Assembly (NCBI GenBank): GCA_024638845.1
Contig: JAHEJN010000001.1
Location: forward strand, 84,344 to 148,343
Direction: 5' to 3'
Source: Acidimicrobiales bacterium
GTDB taxonomy: Bacteria > Actinomycetota > Acidimicrobiia > Acidimicrobiales > JAHEJN01
DNA: 64,000 nt
Shown here: positions 58,663-64,000 of the stretch, in pieces
Numbering within the stretch: the stretch's first letter is position 1
Layout of the letters: the number at the start of each line of letters is the position of its first letter
Position numbers and translations under genes: made by a program
The notes under the pieces: model-generated
Databases searched by the model: none
What the model saw: the letters and a program-made list of their open reading frames with translations, nothing else
What the model was told of the DNA's origin: nothing

Positions 58663-58916
58663 TCGTGGCCGTTGCCACCGGAGGGTTCGTCTTCGCCGGA
58701 CTCTGCGCGCTGGTGCGGGTGCTCGTCGGCCCGTCGCTGGCCGATCGAGTGGCTGCGCTCGACGTCGTTCTCGTCTCGGCCATGGGGGCGATTGCCGTCG
58801 ACGCCGCTCGACGCGACGACCCGTCCGCGTTGATCGTTCTCGTGGTCATGGCGGTCGTGGGGTTCACCGCAACCGTTGCTGCGGCCAGGTACATCATGAG
58901 CGAGGAGAAGTCCTGA
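58659..58916 (+). CDS. mrpF: Na+/H+ antiporter Mrp/Mnh subunit F
   Basis: 85 aa with ALVRVLVGPSLADRVAALDVV, the MnhF motif. Confidence 0.8.
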   Translation: MIVAVATGGFVFAGLCALVRVLVGPSLADRVAALDVVLVSAMGAIAVDAARRDDPSALIVLVVMAVVGFTATVAAARYIMSEEKS

Positions 58917-59239
58917 TGGAGACTGTTGCCGGATCGATCATGGTGCTCGGGGCTGTGGTTGCGGTACTGGCCGGCGTCGGGGTCCTGCGGTTCCGCACGT
59001 CCTACGCCCGATTCCATGCGGCCGGGAAGGCGAGCCCCGTGGCGTTCATGATCGTGGCGGTGGGCGCGTCGCTCGACCTCGGATGGGGCGGTGCCTCGCG
59101 GTTGGCGGTGGCCGTCGGGGCGATCGTGCTCACGTTGCCGGTCGCCGTGCATCTGCTGTTCCGGGCCGTTCATCGCACCACGCCCGGCGATCATCTCGTG
59201 GTCGATGAGCTCGTGCCCGCCGAGCGTCGGCCATACTGA
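58916..59239 (+). CDS. mrpG: Na+/H+ antiporter Mrp/Mnh subunit G
   Basis: 107 aa with GVLRFRTSYARFHAAGKASPVA, the MnhG motif. Confidence 0.85.
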   Translation: METVAGSIMVLGAVVAVLAGVGVLRFRTSYARFHAAGKASPVAFMIVAVGASLDLGWGGASRLAVAVGAIVLTLPVAVHLLFRAVHRTTPGDHLVVDELVPAERRPY

Positions 59240-59252
59240 TCCGGAGAATCGC

Positions 59253-59792
59253 ATGGCCGACGAAGCCTTCACCCCGAACACCGACGATCTCGTCGTCAAC
59301 AACACTCGGTTCGCCGAGCGTTTCGACGGCGGTGATCTCCAGGTTGCGCCCTCCCGCCGCCTCGCGGTCGTGTCGTGCATGGACTCGCGTATGGACACGT
59401 TCCAGATCCTCGGTCTGGCCAACGGCGAGGCCCACATCGTCCGCAATGCCGGCGGAATCATCACCGACGACGTCATCCGATCGTTGTGCCTGTCGCAGCG
59501 CCTGCTCGGGACCCGCGAGATCCTGTTGCTGCACCACACCGACTGCGGTCTGCAGAAGGTCGACGAAGACGTGTTCAAAGCCGAGCTCGTCGCCGACACG
59601 GGGATGAAGCCGTGGTGGGCCATCGAGTCCTTCGACGACCCCTACGAGGATGTCCGCCAGTCGATGCGACGGCTGATGCTCACCCCGTTCCTGGCCCACA
59701 AGGACAACATCCGGGGCTTCGTGTACGAAGTGGCCGACGGTCGGGTGTACGAGGTCGGGTCCGAACCCATCGCCTCCCCCCACGCCGGGTAG
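59253..59792 (+). CDS. Beta-class carbonic anhydrase
   Basis: The zinc ligands are SCMDSR and HHTDCG. I moved the start to ATG 59253 (MADEAFTPN...), 13 nt after mrpG. Confidence 0.88.
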   Translation: MADEAFTPNTDDLVVNNTRFAERFDGGDLQVAPSRRLAVVSCMDSRMDTFQILGLANGEAHIVRNAGGIITDDVIRSLCLSQRLLGTREILLLHHTDCGLQKVDEDVFKAELVADTGMKPWWAIESFDDPYEDVRQSMRRLMLTPFLAHKDNIRGFVYEVADGRVYEVGSEPIASPHAG

Positions 59793-59799
59793 CGGCGGC

Positions 59800-60411
59800 A
59801 TGATCGAGATCGTTGTCGCCGACGACGGCCGCCCCCGCTGCTCGTGGGGGGCATCGACGCCCGATTACCTCGCCTACCACGACACCGAGTGGGGGTTCGG
59901 CGTCGTCGACGATCATCGCCTGTTCGAGAAGCTCTGTCTCGAAGGGTTCCAGTCGGGCCTCTCGTGGCTGACCATTCTGCGCAAGCGGGAGTACTTCCGG
60001 GAGGCCTTCGCCGACTTCGATCCGAACGTGGTGGCCGAATTCGGTGAGCCCGATGTCGAACGCCTGCTGGCCGATGCCGGCATCGTGCGTCATCAGGGCA
60101 AGATCCGGTCGACGATCAACAACGCGGCGCGGGCAGTGGAGATGATCGGCGAGCTCGGCTCGCTGGCTGCGTACTTCTGGCCGCACTGTGCCATCGACCA
60201 GGCTCCTCCGGTCGAGGTCGTCTCGATCACCGACGCGTCGACGGCCATCGCCAAGGACCTCAAGAAACGAGGATGGAGTTTCGTCGGGCCCACGACCGTG
60301 TACGCCTTCATGCAGGCCATGGGGCTGGTGAACGACCATCTGGCCGACTGTTGGGTCCGTGACGATGCCGAGCGGTCGCGTCGGGCGGCGCGGGCGGCCG
60401 TGCTGGGCTAG
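59800..60411 (+). CDS. tag: DNA-3-methyladenine glycosylase I
   Basis: 203 aa with YHDTEWG, LCLEGFQSGLSWLTILRKRE and C-terminal Cys/His zinc-site residues. Confidence 0.9.
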   Translation: MIEIVVADDGRPRCSWGASTPDYLAYHDTEWGFGVVDDHRLFEKLCLEGFQSGLSWLTILRKREYFREAFADFDPNVVAEFGEPDVERLLADAGIVRHQGKIRSTINNAARAVEMIGELGSLAAYFWPHCAIDQAPPVEVVSITDASTAIAKDLKKRGWSFVGPTTVYAFMQAMGLVNDHLADCWVRDDAERSRRAARAAVLG

Positions 60412-60530
60412 TTGCCAGGGGTCGCCGGGAACGTCAAGAGGTGCAGCAGCTGATGGCGACACGTCGTGGCAACGATGCCGCCCTCTTGCACCGAGCGGAA
60501 TAGAGTTTCGCGTATGTCCTGTGCACGCCA

Positions 60531-61970
60531 ATGAGGCATGCCGAGGCGTTCGACCAGTCACTGGCTGTGGCGAACTCCTTTGTCTTCACGCGCGCCGTGC
60601 GCCGCTATCAGCAGGAGATACTCGATCACGGCCACTTCCGAGTCGTGTGCCCACGCACCGGCCGCCGCCTCGCCCCGACGGTGTGCCATGTGGCCGATAG
60701 CAGTGGTCCGGCCTACGGCGATATCTCCGTCGCCTACCGTGTGCCCTGCGAACCGGCCATCTGGCTACTGGCCGGCAGCGTCAAGGATGGCTTCCCGCTG
60801 AGCGAGGCCTACCAGCCCTCAGGGGACACCTCATTGTGGTCCCTGGGCGAGACCCATGCCGAGCAGAATCGCCCGTGGAAGACCCTGCTGCAGGCACTGG
60901 AAGCGGACCTCGATGCGGCGCCTCTGCCTGCTGTGTCGCCGGGGAAATCCGCCCTGCTGCTGGGCCATCCGAACTTCGCTCACAATCTGTGGAATGAACT
61001 CCCCGCGGTCGATGCCTATACCCGTTCCCGGCAAGGCCCGGAGGATGGTGGCATCCTGCGGGTCACCGCCGTCTACGAACCGCTGCTGCCGGTCGAGGAC
61101 TTCAGCGGTGGTGTCGCGATGGACGTCACCAGACTCGACCGCTTCGACCATCTGGCGGGCTTCCAAGCGGTGATGACCACTCGGCTCGGCGCCACGCAGA
61201 TACCCGCTGACCTGCGCAACAAGGTAACCCGGCTGCTCCATGAGCGCCGCGACCCGCAACTCACTGATCCCGCACTCACTGCGCTGCGCGCATGCCAGCC
61301 GGTGGTGTGGCTGTCGGCGCGCCTCGACGCCCGCACGGCGGACAACCAGGAGGAACTGCTGTGGCGCCTGGTCACCGTCATGGCAGCGGCCTTTCCTCGG
61401 GTGGGTTTCGTTCTCGATGGGTTTTCCTATCCCAACGACTTTCACCGGGCGATCTACCGTCAGCCGAGCGGCCGTGGGCCGTTACGCCTGCTGCGCAAGT
61501 TGGTCCGTAAGGGTGTCCTGAGTACCGCCATCCGGGCTCGAGCGCGCCGCGTCGGCGCCTGGACGTGCAGCCTCGAGCGCCGACTCGGCGGGCGCATTGC
61601 CAACCCGATCGTGAACGTCACGGGGATGAGTCTGGCCAACGCGATCTCGGTGGCGTCCAGCGCTGACTACTACGTGTGTCATGGCGGCAGCCTGCAGCAC
61701 AAGATCGCGTGGCTGCACAATATTCCCGGCACCGTGCACTGCAACACCGCAAGCCTCCAACCGGGCGTCGCAACCTGGCTGGCCGACCAGCTCGAAGGCG
61801 GTGTCAGGCCAGGGCTGGTGTCCACGCGTTGGATAGAAGACCTGGAGAGCATCCGCACCGTCCGCCAGGTGGAGCGCAACCGCGACTACCACATTGCCGA
61901 TGTCGAAGGCGCGGTCGATGAGATCGTTGGCGCCTTGCAGGCCAGCATGGCTGCACCACCTCCGGCATAG
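60531..61970 (+). CDS. Hypothetical 479-aa protein with atypical codon usage; weak GT61/DUF563-glycosyltransferase-like motifs
   Basis: This is a long uninterrupted ORF. The motifs GHPNFAHNLWNELPAVD and YYVCHGGSLQHKIAWLHNIPGTV loosely resemble the N-x-x-H-x-x-x-E-x-L-P and HG-x-x-L-x-N...PG-T patterns of DUF563 enzymes. The function is not established. Confidence 0.55.
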   Translation: MRHAEAFDQSLAVANSFVFTRAVRRYQQEILDHGHFRVVCPRTGRRLAPTVCHVADSSGPAYGDISVAYRVPCEPAIWLLAGSVKDGFPLSEAYQPSGDTSLWSLGETHAEQNRPWKTLLQALEADLDAAPLPAVSPGKSALLLGHPNFAHNLWNELPAVDAYTRSRQGPEDGGILRVTAVYEPLLPVEDFSGGVAMDVTRLDRFDHLAGFQAVMTTRLGATQIPADLRNKVTRLLHERRDPQLTDPALTALRACQPVVWLSARLDARTADNQEELLWRLVTVMAAAFPRVGFVLDGFSYPNDFHRAIYRQPSGRGPLRLLRKLVRKGVLSTAIRARARRVGAWTCSLERRLGGRIANPIVNVTGMSLANAISVASSADYYVCHGGSLQHKIAWLHNIPGTVHCNTASLQPGVATWLADQLEGGVRPGLVSTRWIEDLESIRTVRQVERNRDYHIADVEGAVDEIVGALQASMAAPPPA

Positions 61971-62027
61971 GCACCGGCAGTATGGCGACGCTCCGCCCGG
62001 CGCACACAACCGGGTGCTGGGTCGCGA

Positions 62028-63935
62028 CTACGGCTCGATCAGTCGCTGGGTCGTGAACACGGTGAGCGAGTCGAACAGCCGCCTCAGGGCGTCGACGTCA
62101 CCCGAGACGTCGAAGGTGCCCGCCTCGATCTGATCGTCGAGCGTGGCCAACCGGCCGAGAACGTCGGCGAGGGCGGCTCGCGAGCACGTGAGCGCCGCGT
62201 CGGCGTCGGGGGCGTGCTGAAACGGCCGCTGATGGAGGGCGGCGTGAACGACGCCGAGAACGTGGTGCTCGTCGAGATCGGTGAAGGTGACGTTGACCAC
62301 GAGCGAGGACGTCCCGTCGGCATCACCGAAGGCCTCCGGGTCGAAGCGCACGCCCATCGAGTCGAAGATCTGCTCGGCGGTCATGGCGTGCACGAACAAC
62401 CGTCCCCGCGGTGCCCCGTAGTCGGGCGTGCCGTGACGGAGCTCGTGGGCGCCCATCAGGTAGGCGTTGCGCCAGGTGGCCGACTCCGACCGATAGCCGA
62501 GCTGTTCGAGGGCGTCGGCCTGGAGTCGGCGGGCGGCCGTGTGGTCGGGATCGGCGAACACGACGTGGTTGACCACCTGCGCCACCCATCGGTAGTCGCC
62601 GTTGTCGAAGGCGCGCTGCGCCGCAGCCATCACGGCATCGGCGCCGCCCATCAGCTCCACGTACCGTTCACCGGCCTCGACGGGTGGTAGCGGATCGAGG
62701 TTGGCGGGGTTGCCGTCGTACCAGCCGAGATAGCGGGTGTAGACCGACTTCGCGTTGTGCGAGACCGTGCCGTAGTAGCCCTGCACGTGTGAGTCGCGCG
62801 CGAAGCACGCCGGAAGGCTGAGTGCCTCGGCGATCTCGGTCGGCGTGTGGCCGAGGTTGGCCAGACGCATGGTCTGGTCGTGCATCCAGCGGTACACGTC
62901 GCGTTGGAGCACGAGGAACCGCCTGACGTCGCTGGTGCCGAATCTGGGCCAGTGGTGGCTGGCGAACATCGTGTCGGTGTCGTCGCCCCACAATTCGAGC
63001 GCCTCGGCGATGTACTTCGACCAGTACAGCGCATCGCGGGTCTGGGCGCCCCTGATCGGGTACACGTTGTGCAGGGTGTGTGTGCAGTTCTCGGCCATGC
63101 AGAGCAGCGCCTTGTCGGGGAAGAAGAAGTTCATCTCCGCGGGCGCCTCGGCCTCGGGCGTGTTCTGGAACACGATTCGGATGCCGTCGACAGTGAGCTC
63201 GGTCCCGGTCTCGTGGATGGTCTCGGTCGGCGCGATGAGCCCGACGGGCCCGAGGGGAATGGCGCTGCCCAGGCCGCAGTCGACCTGGCCGACCGGGCCG
63301 TTGGCGAGCAGCGGCCCGAACTGGTACATCGCCCGGCGGGTCATGATCGGCCCAGCGATCACGTTCTCGCGCACCACCTCGTGGAGGAACCCGTCGGGCG
63401 CGATGACCCGAACGTCGCCGCGGGCCACCGCTTCGGGCGAGGTGACGCCGAGCACGCCACCGAAGTGATCGACGTGGCTGTGGGTGTAGATCACCGCGGC
63501 GACCCGTCGCTCACCGAGGATGTCGTTGGCCAACTCGAGACAGGCGGCGGCCGTGGTCGTCGTGGTCAGCGGATCGATGATCACCCATCCGGTGCGACCG
63601 GCGAGGAAGGTGATGTTGGAGATGTCGTAGCCGCGGGCCTGCCACACGCCGTCGGCCACCTCGAAGAGGCCGTGATGGGCGTTGAGGGTGGCCTGGCGCC
63701 AGAGCCCCGGGTGCACCGTGTCGGGCGCGGGCGCGCCGTGACGCAGGAAGTCGTGCCGGGCGATGTCCCAGACGGCGTTGCCGTCGAGCTCGATGCGACC
63801 GGTGGGGTGGCTCCCGATCCGGCCGCGGGTGGCCCGGTCGGTGTCGGCCGGGTCGTCGAACGACAGAACGGCGGCGGCCGCTCGGTGGGCCGATCGGGTG
63901 GTCGCTGACGCAGGTTCGGGGTCGATCTCGGCCAT
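62028..63935 (-). CDS. MBL-fold alkyl/aryl-sulfatase (SdsA1/YjcS/BDS1 family)
   Basis: 635 aa with HPGLWRQATLNAHHGLFEV, GYDISNITFLAGRTGWVIIDPL and YTHSHVDHFGG, plus C-terminal dimerisation and SCP2-like regions. Confidence 0.88.
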   Translation of the reverse strand: MAEIDPEPASATTRSAHRAAAAVLSFDDPADTDRATRGRIGSHPTGRIELDGNAVWDIARHDFLRHGAPAPDTVHPGLWRQATLNAHHGLFEVADGVWQARGYDISNITFLAGRTGWVIIDPLTTTTTAAACLELANDILGERRVAAVIYTHSHVDHFGGVLGVTSPEAVARGDVRVIAPDGFLHEVVRENVIAGPIMTRRAMYQFGPLLANGPVGQVDCGLGSAIPLGPVGLIAPTETIHETGTELTVDGIRIVFQNTPEAEAPAEMNFFFPDKALLCMAENCTHTLHNVYPIRGAQTRDALYWSKYIAEALELWGDDTDTMFASHHWPRFGTSDVRRFLVLQRDVYRWMHDQTMRLANLGHTPTEIAEALSLPACFARDSHVQGYYGTVSHNAKSVYTRYLGWYDGNPANLDPLPPVEAGERYVELMGGADAVMAAAQRAFDNGDYRWVAQVVNHVVFADPDHTAARRLQADALEQLGYRSESATWRNAYLMGAHELRHGTPDYGAPRGRLFVHAMTAEQIFDSMGVRFDPEAFGDADGTSSLVVNVTFTDLDEHHVLGVVHAALHQRPFQHAPDADAALTCSRAALADVLGRLATLDDQIEAGTFDVSGDVDALRRLFDSLTVFTTQRLIEP

Positions 63936-64000
63936 TCCCGCATGGTGGCACGAATCACGGTCGGAGGGCGGCGGAGGCTAGGGGATGACTTCGACGCGCA

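Noticed and set aside
60412-62027. Atypical-codon orphan gene as a mobile element
   Set aside because: No transposase or integrase motifs, terminal inverted repeats or target duplications were seen. It is reported only as probable horizontal acquisition.

Overview
This is a 64-kb window of very high-GC, Actinomycetota-type chromosome centred on the replication origin. I read about 65 protein genes, 2 tRNAs, a probable oriC and two parS sites. I saw no rRNA, CRISPR array, transposase or integrase. Positions 1-20,400 carry the classical origin-proximal set. On the minus strand are tRNA-Ile, DUF3566, a VanY-like peptidase, gyrA, gyrB, dciA(DUF721), recF, dnaN and dnaA. On the plus strand are rpmH, rnpA, yidD, yidC, jag, rsmG, parS x2, parA and parB. 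These are followed on the minus strand by cwlM, trxA and trxB. Positions 20,400-34,300 hold an ECF sigma/anti-sigma pair with a Ser/Thr kinase, DegV, a DUF6049-like protein, a GNAT/HDAC pair, the CCA-adding enzyme, panB, NfeD-SPFH and a methyltransferase. The most unusual locus is 34,656-39,842. It contains a subtilase (S8) with no signal peptide and four tandem 11-residue PMSFSG repeats. Divergent from it is an 892-aa TPR-CHAT (caspase-like) protease, followed by an ECF sigma factor translationally coupled to a 152-aa soluble protein. This resembles the Csx29/Csx30/RpoE logic of type III-E CRISPR 'Craspase', but there are no cas genes or CRISPR array, and there is an extra serine protease. 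I flag it as the best candidate for an undescribed proteolytic signalling or conflict module. I cannot establish novelty without database searches. The remainder holds an esterase, tRNA-Ser, pheA, larB-larC, udk, a DivIVA-like/zf-HC2/lytic transglycosylase group and CoA-metabolism genes. It also holds a YcaQ glycosylase, a complete mrpABCDEFG antiporter operon with a divergent HTH regulator and a strikingly AT-rich operator, a beta-carbonic anhydrase and tag. A 479-aa orphan gene with visibly atypical codon usage and an MBL-fold alkyl sulfatase complete the window. All calls come from reading the translations and DNA by eye. Start codons that I moved from the ORF track were checked against the printed sequence but remain predictions.
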